Positions 50,009 to 60,120 of a DNA stretch of 64,000 nucleotides are shown in pieces. The notes under the pieces are model-generated. The model was given only the letters and a program-made list of their open reading frames with translations, ran no database searches and was not told the origin of the DNA. How positions within the stretch are numbered: position 1 is the first letter of the stretch; every line of letters begins with the position of its first letter. The stretch lies in contig CAVTNR010000008.1 in the NCBI GenBank assembly GCA_963736115.1, positions 32,001 to 96,000 of the forward strand. Reading direction: 5' to 3'. Origin of the DNA: an uncultured bacterium (GTDB taxonomy: Bacteria > Zhuqueibacterota > QNDG01 > DTFT01). The position numbers were made by a program, and so were the translations under genes.

Positions 50009-51847
50009 ATGCGTCCGATCCCCTTTTTTCTGGTCATGCTGGTCCCGGCCCTCGCCGCCGCCTCGGAGAGCCCGTCCGACTCCGCCTCCATCCGTTACCG
50101 GATGGATCCCGTGGTGGTCACGGCGACGAAAATGCCAACGGTTTCCCGGGATCTCGCCTCCAGCGTGAGCGTGATTTCGGCCGCGGACCTGGAGGCCCTG
50201 CCGACGTCCGCGGTTTTCGACGCGGTGCAGACCCGTATCCCGGGCCTGTACACGACGGAATGGGGGGTGATGGGTTTCGGCGCGGCCGGGAGCGCGGCCG
50301 GCAAGATCTCCATGCGGGGCGTCGGCGGCGGCGCCAATTCATGCGTCCTGATTCTCAGGGACGGCAGGCCCGATTTCATGGGTTTGATGGGATGCACGAT
50401 CGCGGATGAGTTCTCCACGGACGGCGTGGAGCGGCTCGAAGTGGTCCGGGGCCCCGGGTCCTTCCTATACGGCACCAATGCCATCGGCGGCGTGATCAAT
50501 ATCATTCCGTGGCGGATGAAAAAAGGCGGCTTTGACACGAAACTGACCGCAGGCGCCGGCTCGTTCGACTCCCGTACAGCGTCTCTCCGGCATGGCGGAA
50601 AGATCGGTTCCTTTGATTACGCCGTGACTGCCGCCAATCGGGGAACCGGCGGGCATCGGGAGGACGCAGACTCGGATTACCGCGCCGGTCATTACACGGT
50701 CCATCTGGGCTGGCAGGCCGGAGCCCGGACGGACCTGGAGTTCAACGGCAACATCGCAGACATCCGGGTCATGGATCCCGGCACGGTCGCGAACCCGACT
50801 CCCGACCACTGGTATGACATACTCCGGAGCGGCGGAAACGTCAATCTGATTCACCGGAGCCGGTTCGGAGAAACGAACGTCAAACTTCACGCCAACTTCG
50901 GCAACCATGTTTTTTACGACGGATGGAAGTCCGATGACCGGACCTCGGGAATCATGGTCTATCAGAACCTCAATCCCTGGAAGGGGAACACCGCCACCGT
51001 GGGCTTCGACTGGAAGGAATACGGCGGAGACGCCGAAGATGCCACGTCTGACTATGGGAAAATATTCATCACTGAATACGCGCCGTACGTGCATATCCAG
51101 CAGATGCTGCTGTCGCGTTTCATCGTCTCCGGCGGCGTGCGGCTGGAAAATCATGAATTGTACGGCTCGGAAATCCTGCCCAAGGCCGGCCTGGTGTTTC
51201 ATCCCTTCGAACGTACGGCTCTTCGCCTGTCCGCCTCCAAGGGATTCCGCAGTCCCTCCATCCGCGAGCTCTATTTCTGGATGCCGGCCAATGCCGAGCT
51301 CACCCCGGACCGGTTATGGAGCACTGAAGCCGGCCTGTCCCAGCGGATCGGGTCCGCGATGACGGTGGACGCGACCGTGTACCGTGCCGAGGGCTCCAAT
51401 CTCATCCAGCAGCAGTCCCCGCCGCCCAGGTGGGTGAATACGGGCGAATACACGCACCAGGGTGTCGAGTTGGCGTGGAACTGGACGCCGGTTCCGGCAC
51501 TGGAAACCGGCGCCACGTGGTCCGAGAACGACCTGAGCGAAAAAGCGTTCAATTCCCCGGGCCGGAAAATCACCGCTTTCGTGCGGGCCTCGGTCGGACC
51601 GGTCGCCCTGTCCGCGGACCTGCTGTCCGTGGCGGACTGGAAGGGCCTGACCACGGTGAACCGGAAGGACGTGTACCCGGACATGAAGGATTACACCGTT
51701 CTCAACCTGTCCGCCGGAACGGCCGCCTGGAAGGGAATCGCCCTGAAACTGCAGGTCCGGAACGCGCTGGATGAGTCTTTCGAGGCCATGTACGGATACC
51801 CGATGCCCGGACGGAACTGGATGGCTGAAGTTGAATATTCCCTTTAG
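50009..51847 (+). CDS. TonB-dependent receptor (BtuB/CirA-like), putative metal/cofactor uptake
   Basis: AAGGAG RBS; TonB box DPVVVTAT, ERLEVVRGPGS.LYG.NA.GGVINII, C-terminal GYPMPGRN..EYSL. Confidence 0.92.
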   Translation: MRPIPFFLVMLVPALAAASESPSDSASIRYRMDPVVVTATKMPTVSRDLASSVSVISAADLEALPTSAVFDAVQTRIPGLYTTEWGVMGFGAAGSAAGKISMRGVGGGANSCVLILRDGRPDFMGLMGCTIADEFSTDGVERLEVVRGPGSFLYGTNAIGGVINIIPWRMKKGGFDTKLTAGAGSFDSRTASLRHGGKIGSFDYAVTAANRGTGGHREDADSDYRAGHYTVHLGWQAGARTDLEFNGNIADIRVMDPGTVANPTPDHWYDILRSGGNVNLIHRSRFGETNVKLHANFGNHVFYDGWKSDDRTSGIMVYQNLNPWKGNTATVGFDWKEYGGDAEDATSDYGKIFITEYAPYVHIQQMLLSRFIVSGGVRLENHELYGSEILPKAGLVFHPFERTALRLSASKGFRSPSIRELYFWMPANAELTPDRLWSTEAGLSQRIGSAMTVDATVYRAEGSNLIQQQSPPPRWVNTGEYTHQGVELAWNWTPVPALETGATWSENDLSEKAFNSPGRKITAFVRASVGPVALSADLLSVADWKGLTTVNRKDVYPDMKDYTVLNLSAGTAAWKGIALKLQVRNALDESFEAMYGYPMPGRNWMAEVEYSL

Positions 51848-51859
51848 GACGCGGTCCTC

Positions 51860-52381
51860 ATGAACGTCCGCACCCGGACAATCACCCTCAGCGCGATGTT
51901 CATCGCGCTGGGGGTTCTGTTTCCGCTTCTGTTTCACGTGACCGGACTGGGCGCCGTGTTCCTGCCCATGTTCTGGCCCGTGGCCGCGGCCGGATTTTTC
52001 CTGCCCCCGTTTTTATGTGTCCTGGTTGGGGTTGTCACGCCGGGGCTGTCCTTTCTGCTGACCGGCATGCCCCCGCCGCCCGTTCTGCAGATCATGGCGC
52101 TTGAACTCGCGGTGCTGGCCGTGACGATCAGCCTGGCGCACAGCAAGGCCGGAATGCCGGTTTTCGGCGCCCTACTGCTGGGTCTCGTGACCTCGCGTAT
52201 CGTTCTGTTCGCGGCCGCGGGATCGCTGGGGTCTTTTCTCGGCATACCCCCGAGGTTCGCTTCCTTCGCCTATGTCGCCAAGGGACTGCCGGGGATCATC
52301 GCCATGCTCGTACTCGTGCCCCTTCTGGTCGGCCGGTTGAAGCGGGAGCCCGTTTTCATATGGAGAAAGAAACATGCCTGA
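51860..52381 (+). CDS. ECF transporter S component
   Basis: A.FIALGV.FP..FH, FLPM..PV, SF.LTGMPP, ELA; about 6 TM. Confidence 0.8.
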   Translation: MNVRTRTITLSAMFIALGVLFPLLFHVTGLGAVFLPMFWPVAAAGFFLPPFLCVLVGVVTPGLSFLLTGMPPPPVLQIMALELAVLAVTISLAHSKAGMPVFGALLLGLVTSRIVLFAAAGSLGSFLGIPPRFASFAYVAKGLPGIIAMLVLVPLLVGRLKREPVFIWRKKHA

Positions 52382-52973
52382 ATCCATCCGTGAATATTTC
52401 AACCGCATTGCCCCCGAATGGGACGGTATGGCGCCGAAAGAGCCCAGGCTGAAGGAATACCTGCTCCGGTTCGGCATCTCTGAAGGAGACCGGGTGCTCG
52501 ACGCGGGAGCTGGAACCGGGGTCAGCACGGCATTGGTCCGTGAGTGCGCGGGCCGATCCGGTTTCGTCGTGGCCCAGGATATGGCCGAGGCCATGCTTCA
52601 CGGATCGAAAACACGTCTGTCCGGGGAAGGCGCCGCCTGCGTCGGTTCTGACGCTCAGGATCTGCCTTTCCGGAACGGGGTCTTTGATAAAATTTTGTGC
52701 TTTTCCGCTTTTCCGCATTTCGCGGATCAGAAGAAGGCGCTGGCCGAAATGAGGCGTGTCCTGAAAAGGGGGGGGAAGGCGCTCGTCCTGCACACTTCTT
52801 CGCACCGCGGTCTGAACGCCTTTCACGCTGCGCTCGACGCGCCGGTGCGTCACGACGTGCTTCCATCCCCTGAGGATCTTCGCGCCCTGTTCGAGGAGAC
52901 GGGCTTTGACGTACTTCGCGCGGATGAGTCGGATTCATTGTACTGGGTGGAGGCGATCAAAACACATCAATAA
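52374..52973 (+). CDS. Class I SAM-dependent methyltransferase
   Basis: YFN..A..WD, VLDAGAGTG, LPF....FD, AFPHF, RVLK.GG. Confidence 0.88.
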   Translation: MPESIREYFNRIAPEWDGMAPKEPRLKEYLLRFGISEGDRVLDAGAGTGVSTALVRECAGRSGFVVAQDMAEAMLHGSKTRLSGEGAACVGSDAQDLPFRNGVFDKILCFSAFPHFADQKKALAEMRRVLKRGGKALVLHTSSHRGLNAFHAALDAPVRHDVLPSPEDLRALFEETGFDVLRADESDSLYWVEAIKTHQ

Positions 52974-53094
52974 TATCATTGAAGCTCCTCGAATCTTGAA
53001 ATCAGAATTATAAAATTACAAAAAGACAATAAATAACGCAAGTCATTGTAATTTCTTAAGATAAATTATTCCCCCGATATTCCCCCCTTTTCCC

Positions 53095-53123
53095 TTGATT
53101 TTAAATGGTTTTAATGTTATCAT
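53095..53123 (+). promoter_or_regulatory. sigma70 promoter of hsp20-lon
   Basis: TTGATT-N17-TATCAT in AT-rich intergenic region. Confidence 0.5.
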
Positions 53124-53168
53124 ACAGATAGACAAATGGATGATTTTTCCCTATTTGGAGGCTTTGGA

Positions 53169-53624
53169 ATGTCCCAGGCCAAATCGTCCAAAAGCCGGGG
53201 ATTGGACCTGCTCGGCCCTATCGAGGAGGAGCTGGACTTCTTCTTTTCGCGGTTTTTCGGCTCTCCGTATCCCACCATTTACCGCAAGGAACTTTCCTGG
53301 CGGCCGCTTACGGATTTCTACGAAACGGATCTGGAATACGTGCTCCTGATGGAGCTGGCCCAGGTCAAGCCGGAGGACGTTTCCATCCAGCTTCAGGAGG
53401 GGATTCTGGCCGTGCGCGGAATGCGCAAAACATCGCCCCCGCGCGAAAGAAGACGATACCACAAGATGGAAATCAATTACGGCCCCTTCGAGCAGAAAGT
53501 GGCGGTTCCGGAGCCGGTCGACATGGATAAACTGTCCGCCTCATACCATGACGGATTTCTCGAAATCCGCATACCCAAAAAACGGCCGGACACCGGTCCG
53601 CGCATCGACATACAGGTGGAATAG
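53169..53624 (+). CDS. Hsp20/alpha-crystallin small heat-shock protein
   Basis: W.P.TD.YET, E..YG.F, A.Y.DG.LEI..PK. Confidence 0.93.
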   Translation: MSQAKSSKSRGLDLLGPIEEELDFFFSRFFGSPYPTIYRKELSWRPLTDFYETDLEYVLLMELAQVKPEDVSIQLQEGILAVRGMRKTSPPRERRRYHKMEINYGPFEQKVAVPEPVDMDKLSASYHDGFLEIRIPKKRPDTGPRIDIQVE

Positions 53625-53631
53625 AAAACCG

Positions 53632-56019
53632 ATGAACGATCCGAATCCAGGCATTCCCCATCATCCGGGCGAGTTCGGGGAAATGCCCGAAATCCCGCAG
53701 GAACTCCCCATTCTCCCGATGACCAATGTTCTCGTTTTTCCCTACGTGGTCGCGCCCCTCGTCATCTCGGACGAGCGCCGCATCGCCGTGGTCAACGAGG
53801 CGTTGTCCGACCGCAAGATGGTCGGCCTGTTCGCCGTCCGGACGAAGACGGACGGCGACGCCGAACCGGACAGCCTGAAATTGTACGACGTCGGCACCGC
53901 GGTGTTCATCCTGAAAATGTTCCGTTATCCGGACGGCACCATGGGGCTCATGGTGCAGGGCCTCTCGCGCATCCGGCTGGAGAGCATCACCAAGGCGGAG
54001 CCCTTTCTCAAGGGCCGGATCCGGCCCATCCCCGAGGCCGCCGCGGATACGGTCAAGATCAAGGCCCTGACGCGCGAGGTCACCGAAATTTTCCAGCAGA
54101 TCGTCTCCCTGTCCGCCTTTCTGCCTGACGAGCTCGGCCAGGCGATCACCAACGTGGACAACCCGGGCCGCCTGGCGGACCTGGTCGTTTCGAACCTCAA
54201 GCTGGACATCGCTGAACGCCAGGCCATACTCGAAACCCTGGCCGTGGAAAACCGCCTGATCCGCCTGCTGACCCTGCTCAACCGCGAGCTGGAGCTCCTG
54301 AAGCTCGGGAACAAGATCCAGTCCGAGGTTAAAAACAAGATCGAGGACAGTCAGAAGGAATACTACCTCCGCGAGCAGATGAAGGCGATCCAGAAGGAGC
54401 TCGGGGACAAGGACGAGCGGACCGCCGAGATCGAGGAGCTGAAGAGCCGCATCGAAAAGGCCGCGATGCCCAAAGAGGCGCGCGAGGCGGCGGAGAAGGA
54501 GCTGGACCGGCTCTCCAAGATGCCGCCCCAGGCCGCGGAGTACACCGTCTCTCGCACCTATCTCGACTGGCTGATCACCCTGCCCTGGAGCGCCGGCACC
54601 GAGGACAACATAGACATCGTCAAGGCCAAGGCCATCCTCGATGACGACCATTACGATCTGACGGACGTGAAGGACCGCATCCTCGAGTTTCTCTCCGTGC
54701 GCAAGCTGAAGAGCACGTCCAAGGGACCCATCCTCTGCTTCGTCGGCCCGCCGGGCGTGGGCAAGACGTCGCTCGGGCGGTCCATCGCAGCGGCCATGGG
54801 GCGCAAATTCGTCCGCTACTCTCTCGGCGGCATGCACGACGAGGCGGAGATCCGGGGTCACCGGAGAACCTACATCGGGTCCCTGCCGGGCCGGATCGTT
54901 CAGGGCGTCCGCAAGGCGGGTTCGAACAACCCCGTTTTCATGCTCGACGAGATCGACAAGGTCGGCACCGACTTCCGGGGCGACCCCGCCTCGGCCCTGC
55001 TCGAGGTGCTCGACCCGGAGCAGAACAACACGTTCTCGGACCACTATCTCGAAGTGCCCTTCGACCTGTCGAAGGTGATGTTCATTACCACGGCGAACGT
55101 GCTCGACACCATCCCGCGGCCCCTGCTGGACCGCATGGAAGTGCTGCGCCTGCCGGGTTACATTCTCGACGAGAAGATCCAGATCGCGAAGAAATACCTC
55201 ATCCCCCGCCAGATCGAGGAGAACGGGCTGAAGCGGGGCCAGATCCGATTCGACGACGCAGCGGTGCGGCGCATCATCGAGCACTACACGCGCGAGGCCG
55301 GCCTCCGCAACCTCGAGCGCGAGATCGGCACCTGCTGCCGCAAAGTGGCCCGTCTCGTCGCGGAGGGGAAGGAGAAGCGCGTCCGGATCACGCCGGAGAA
55401 GGCGGCCGAATTCCTCGGCCCGCGCAAGTTCTTCTCCGAGGCCGCCCAGCGCACGGACGAGGTCGGCGTGGCCACGGGTCTGGCCTGGACGGCAGTCGGG
55501 GGCGAGATCCTCTTCGTCGAGGCCACGGCCATGACCGGCGGAAAAGGCCTGGTGCTCACCGGACAGCTCGGTGACGTGATGAAGGAGTCCGCCCAGGCCG
55601 CGCTGTCGTACATCCGGTCGAACACCGCCCGGTACGGCATTCCGGACGACTTTTTCGCGGCCCGGGACATCCACATCCACATTCCAGAAGGCGCCACGCC
55701 CAAGGACGGGCCGTCCGCGGGCGTCACGCTGGCCACGGCGCTGGTGTCCCTGCTGGTGAACAAGCCGGTGAAGCACGACGTGGCCATGACGGGCGAGATC
55801 ACGCTCCGCGGGAAGGTGCTGGCCGTGGGCGGCATCAAGGAAAAGGTGCTCGCGGCCCAGCGGTCCGGCATTACCCATGTGATCCTGCCGAAGCTCAATG
55901 AAAAGGACCTTGTGGAGATACCGGAGCACATCCGGAAGCGAATGACGTTTCATTTCGCGGAGTGGCTGGACGACGTGCTGGCGTTGACCCTTGTGGATAA
56001 AAAGAAGAAAAAGAAATAG
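53632..56019 (+). CDS. lon: ATP-dependent protease La
   Basis: LON N-domain, GPPGVGKTS Walker A, LDEIDK, PKDGPSAG and GGIKEK catalytic dyad. Confidence 0.98.
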   Translation: MNDPNPGIPHHPGEFGEMPEIPQELPILPMTNVLVFPYVVAPLVISDERRIAVVNEALSDRKMVGLFAVRTKTDGDAEPDSLKLYDVGTAVFILKMFRYPDGTMGLMVQGLSRIRLESITKAEPFLKGRIRPIPEAAADTVKIKALTREVTEIFQQIVSLSAFLPDELGQAITNVDNPGRLADLVVSNLKLDIAERQAILETLAVENRLIRLLTLLNRELELLKLGNKIQSEVKNKIEDSQKEYYLREQMKAIQKELGDKDERTAEIEELKSRIEKAAMPKEAREAAEKELDRLSKMPPQAAEYTVSRTYLDWLITLPWSAGTEDNIDIVKAKAILDDDHYDLTDVKDRILEFLSVRKLKSTSKGPILCFVGPPGVGKTSLGRSIAAAMGRKFVRYSLGGMHDEAEIRGHRRTYIGSLPGRIVQGVRKAGSNNPVFMLDEIDKVGTDFRGDPASALLEVLDPEQNNTFSDHYLEVPFDLSKVMFITTANVLDTIPRPLLDRMEVLRLPGYILDEKIQIAKKYLIPRQIEENGLKRGQIRFDDAAVRRIIEHYTREAGLRNLEREIGTCCRKVARLVAEGKEKRVRITPEKAAEFLGPRKFFSEAAQRTDEVGVATGLAWTAVGGEILFVEATAMTGGKGLVLTGQLGDVMKESAQAALSYIRSNTARYGIPDDFFAARDIHIHIPEGATPKDGPSAGVTLATALVSLLVNKPVKHDVAMTGEITLRGKVLAVGGIKEKVLAAQRSGITHVILPKLNEKDLVEIPEHIRKRMTFHFAEWLDDVLALTLVDKKKKKK

Positions 56020-56089
56020 AACGCGGATTGAGCGGGCCTCCGGCGCGGATACAGATTAGTGAATAGGGTAATGCCTTCATTTTAACCAA

Positions 56090-56120
56090 TGTCATCCCCG
56101 CGTTTTTTTAGCGGGGATCC
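56090..56120 (+). repeat. Solo copy of the TGTCATCCCC palindrome
   Basis: tgtcatccccgc-gttttttta-gcggggatcc (31 bp). Confidence 0.9.
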
Positions 56121-56194
56121 AGAGGAAGCGCGGAGAGGCCGGAGCCGCCAGGCATCGCTCAGTCGCAATAGGATCCCTGAAAACGGACAACCCC

Positions 56195-57718
56195 ATGAAA
56201 GACTTCCTCCAGTCTCTCGGCATCGGCTCCCTGAACAGCGGGGGCTATGACGGGGAATGGATTCAGAACCCGGGCGGTCCTGCGCTCGACTCCGTGTCTC
56301 CGGTCGACGGGAATTCCATCGCGGTCGTGACCACCGTATCCGGAGAGCGCTGTGACGCGCTCATCGGCAGATCCCGCGAAGCCTTTTTGAAATGGCGGGA
56401 CTGGCCGGCTCCGAAACGGGGCGACGTCGTCCGTCAGATCGGCAACGCGTTCCGGCAGCACAAGAAAGAACTGGGCGCGCTCGTTTCGTGGGAGATGGGG
56501 AAGATCCTCCCCGAGGGCGAGGGCGAGATACAGGAAGTCATCGACATCGCCGATTTCGCGTGCGGGCTGTCGAGGCAGTTCCACGGCCGCGTGATGCCCA
56601 GCGAGCGTCCGGACCACAAGATGATCGAATCCTGGCACCCGTTCGGCCCCGTCGGCGTGATCACCGCCTTCAACTTCCCGGCAGCGGTGTGGGGGTGGAA
56701 CGCCATGATCGCGCTGGTCTGCGGGGACACAGTGGTCTGGAAGCCTTCCAGTCAGACGCCGCTCACCGCAATTGCCTCCATGCGCATCGCCCACCGGGTG
56801 CTCCGGGAGAACGGATGCCCGTCCGGTGTGCTGTGCCTCGCCGTCGGCGGGGGCGAGGCTGTCGGAAGCCGCATCGCGTGCGATTCACGACTACCGCTCG
56901 TCAGCTTCACCGGCAGTACGGCCCAGGGCCGCACGGTCGCGGAAACCGTCGCGAAACGTCTCGGCCGAACCCTTCTCGAACTCGGCGGCAACAACGCCGT
57001 GATCGTCTCGGAGCATGCCGACCTGGAAATGTCCGTGCGCACCGTCCTCTTCGGAGCCGTCGGTACCGCGGGGCAGAGGTGCACCACCACGCGGCGCCTG
57101 ATCGTCCACAAGTCCGTCTACGACGAAACGGTCCGGCGTGTCGTCCGGGCGTACGGAAAGATCCGGATCGGTAATCCGCTTGACCCAGGCGTGCTCATGG
57201 GCCCGCTGATCAACAGCGCGGCAGTGGACGAGATGACGGCCGCGTTGGAGCAGGTCCGGGCCGCGGGTGGAAGCGTCCTCTGCGGCGGGGAAAGGCTCAG
57301 GGACATGCCGTCGGACCTGTACGTGACGCCGGCCGTGGTTGAGGCCCGGAACGAATGGCCGATCGTCCAGGCCGAGACCTTCGCCCCGATACTCTATGTC
57401 CTGAAGGCCGGGAGCATCGAAGAGGCGATCGCGCTCCAGAACGCCGTGCCCCAGGGCCTGTCTTCCTCGCTCTTCACCTCGGACCTGGCCGAGGCTGAGC
57501 TTTTCCTCTCCGGCCGGGGGAGCGACTGCGGCATCGCGAACGTGAACGCGGGCACGTCCGGCGCCGAAATCGGCGGCGCGTTCGGAGGGGAGAAGGAGAC
57601 GGGCGGCGGCAGGGAATCCGGGTCCGACGCGTGGAAGCAGTACATGCGGCGGCAGACCTCGGTGGTCAACTGGTCGAAGGACCTGCCCCTCGCGCAGGGA
57701 ATCAAGTTCGGGGACTGA
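56195..57718 (+). CDS. ALDH7/antiquitin-like aldehyde dehydrogenase (piperideine-6-carboxylate dehydrogenase-like)
   Basis: PAPKRG, ITAFNFP, LELGGNNA, GTAGQRCT, GTSGAEIGGAFGGEKETGGGRESGSDAWK. Confidence 0.93.
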   Translation: MKDFLQSLGIGSLNSGGYDGEWIQNPGGPALDSVSPVDGNSIAVVTTVSGERCDALIGRSREAFLKWRDWPAPKRGDVVRQIGNAFRQHKKELGALVSWEMGKILPEGEGEIQEVIDIADFACGLSRQFHGRVMPSERPDHKMIESWHPFGPVGVITAFNFPAAVWGWNAMIALVCGDTVVWKPSSQTPLTAIASMRIAHRVLRENGCPSGVLCLAVGGGEAVGSRIACDSRLPLVSFTGSTAQGRTVAETVAKRLGRTLLELGGNNAVIVSEHADLEMSVRTVLFGAVGTAGQRCTTTRRLIVHKSVYDETVRRVVRAYGKIRIGNPLDPGVLMGPLINSAAVDEMTAALEQVRAAGGSVLCGGERLRDMPSDLYVTPAVVEARNEWPIVQAETFAPILYVLKAGSIEEAIALQNAVPQGLSSSLFTSDLAEAELFLSGRGSDCGIANVNAGTSGAEIGGAFGGEKETGGGRESGSDAWKQYMRRQTSVVNWSKDLPLAQGIKFGD

Positions 57719-58056
57719 GGCATCTGCCGGGATGGTACACGGACCTTCGGCGGATTTGACGGGATTTGCACGGATTAAAAACTGGAAATAAAAATGGTCA
57801 TGGATTCTTAGTTTGAACTCCGCGCGGAGGATCCCGCCTCCGCGCCTGCGGGGATAAAATAAGCCGTACGTCAATATGAACCTTTGCTCGAAAAATCAAA
57901 TCCGCCTTTCCAGCCGTCATTGCGGCCGTCTCGTCCGCAGACTGCTTTTCACGCGATGGGTCCGCGGGTTCAAGTGAGAGCCGTCCTCCGTTCCAGCCGC
58001 CGGGCCCGGATCGTCCGGGCCGGCTTCCGCTGCTTGACTTCAATCCGGAGGACGTC

Positions 58057-59368
58057 ATGACCAAGAAACGCATCCTCATCCTGGGCGCCGCAGGGAGGGA
58101 TTTCCACAATTTCAACGTCGTCTTTCGCGACGACGCGTCCGTCGAAGTCGTTGCCTTCACGGCAACCCAGATCCCCCGTATCGACGGCCGGGTGTACCCG
58201 CAAGAACTCGCGGGGCCCCTGTATCCGAAGGGCATCCCCATCCGGTCGGAAAACGATCTGGTGCCGCTGATCCGCGAACTTGCCGTGGACGAGGCGGTTT
58301 TCGCGTACAGCGACGTGTCGCATGAAACCGTCATGCACAAGGCGAGTGTCGTGGTGGGCGCGGGAGCGGCTTTCACTCTGCTCGGCGGCAACCGCACCAT
58401 GCTCCGCTCGAAAAAACCGGTGGTCGCGGTGTGCGCGGTGCGCACGGGATCCGGCAAGAGCCAGACCACGCGCCGGGTCAGCGAAATCCTCAAGGCCAGG
58501 GGCCGGCGCGTCGTGGTTATCCGGCACCCCATGCCGTACGGTGATTTGGTGAAACAACGGGTCCAGCGTTTCGCCGAGGTCGCCGACCTGGACCGGCACG
58601 ACTGCACCATCGAGGAGCGGGAGGAGTACGAGCCGCACATCGACATGGGCAATGTGGTGTACGCGGGCGTTGATTACGGGGACATTCTCCGCGAAGCCGA
58701 GAAAGAGGCCGACGTCATCCTCTGGGACGGCGGCAACAACGACACGTCGTTCTATAAACCCGATCTGCTCATCACGGTCGTCGATCCGCACCGGGCCGGG
58801 CATGAAGTTTCCTACCATCCGGGCGAGATCAACCTGCGCACCGCGGACGTGGTCGTCATCAACAAGATGGACACGGCACCGGCCGAGGGGGTCGAGACGG
58901 TGCGCCGGAACATACGGTCCGCCAATCCCGGGCGCGACGGTCATCGAGGCCGCCTCGCCTCTCACCGTGGAGCGGCCCGAGGCGATCAAGGGCAAGCGCG
59001 TGCTCGTGATCGAGGACGGCCCCACGCTGACCCACGGCGAAATGCCGTACGGCGCGGGCGTGATCGCGGCGAAGCAGTTCGGCGCGGCTGAAATCGTCGA
59101 CCCCCGCCCCTGGGCCGCGGGCCTCATCCGGGAAGTGTACGAGAAGTATCCCAAAATAGGGATCCTGCTTCCGGCCATGGGTTACGGGGAGGAGCAGATC
59201 CGCGACCTGGAGGCCACGGTGGCCGCGGCGCAGTGCGACTCGGTCGTGATCGGCACGCCGATCGATCTGACGCGCGTTATGCGTATCGACAAGCCGTCGG
59301 CGCGAGTGCGCTACCGGCTTCAGGAGATCGGGACGCCGACGCTCGATCAGGTGCTGGTGAAGTTTTAA
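58057..59368 (+). CDS. cyclic 2,3-diphosphoglycerate synthetase-like P-loop protein (arginine synthetase-like); frameshift near 58930
   Basis: GAAGRDFHNFN, RTGSGKSQT, RHPMPYG, IEEREEYE, WDGGNND, EDGPTLTHG, LPAMGY. Confidence 0.85.
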
Positions 59369-59439
59369 CATATAGGAACGGGCCGCTGAAGCAACCTGTC
59401 CGTTCATTTAGTCCGGTTATTGAATTTTATAAGGGGTGG

Positions 59440-59590
59440 TGTCATCCCCGATTTCTTTTATCGGGGATCCAGGGGGGATATTTTCCTTAAATCCTGCGAC
59501 GGGCATGATGGTTTTGCGGGTGTGTCATCGTACCCTCTATGAGATACCGGTGATTTTCCGGATTCCCGCCAGAAGAATGCGGGAATGACA
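59440..59590. repeat. Inverted doublet of the TGTCAT palindrome (REPIN-like)
   Basis: Forward unit 59440-59470 and reverse unit 59560-59590, both 31 bp. Confidence 0.9.
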
Positions 59591-59623
59591 TTGGTTATAC
59601 TTCGAGGTTAATCCGGGACTCGC

Positions 59624-60052
59624 ATGGCTGAACAGACCCTCGTGAACATCAAGCCGGACGCGGTCGGCAGACGGCTGACGGGCGAGATCATCCGCCGCAT
59701 CGAGGCCGCCGGATACCGGATCACGGCCATGCGCATGCTCCGCCTCTCGGCGGAGCATGCGGCCGCGTTCTACGAGGAGCACCGCGGCCGGCCCTATTTC
59801 GAGCGCCTGATCGGACTCATGACATCCGGCGCCTGCGTCCCGATGGTTGTGGAAGGGGAGGGCGTCATCCGCGGCATGCGCAGGCTCATCGGCGACACGG
59901 ACCCCGAAAAAGCCGAAGAAGGGACCATACGCCGGGATTTCGCAACCAGCGTGACTGTGAACTGCGTGCACGCCTCGGACGGGCCCGATTCCGCATCGCG
60001 GGAGATCGCATTTTTTTTCAACCATGAGATGGAAGAAGCCGGGCCGGAGTGA
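59624..60052 (+). CDS. ndk: Nucleoside-diphosphate kinase
   Basis: TL..IKPDAV, FY.EH, GTIR.DF, N.VHASD (phospho-His). Confidence 0.96.
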   Translation: MAEQTLVNIKPDAVGRRLTGEIIRRIEAAGYRITAMRMLRLSAEHAAAFYEEHRGRPYFERLIGLMTSGACVPMVVEGEGVIRGMRRLIGDTDPEKAEEGTIRRDFATSVTVNCVHASDGPDSASREIAFFFNHEMEEAGPE

Positions 60053-60120
60053 TTGACCGCCGGGAAACGAAACGGACCGCGTCCGCATCCATTTGAACGA
60101 ACCACAGGAGACCCCCATCC

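Noticed and set aside
52974-53168. CIRCE/HrcA operator before hsp20-lon
   Set aside because: No TTAGCACTC-N9-GAGTGCTAA present
53473-55953. 826-aa antisense ORF (also 3201-5057, 6645-8231, 47836-49863, 59794-61668)
   Set aside because: Shadow ORFs opposite well-supported genes, expected from high-GC codon bias
56020-57780. CGGATT-type short repeats after lon and ALDH7
   Set aside because: Too degenerate and too few to define an element from this window alone
57960-57990. tRNA-like GGTTCAAGT
   Set aside because: No T-stem closure or cloverleaf; no tRNA or rRNA found in the window
58900-58960. Programmed ribosomal frameshift
   Set aside because: No slippery heptamer; one of many indels best explained by sequencing error
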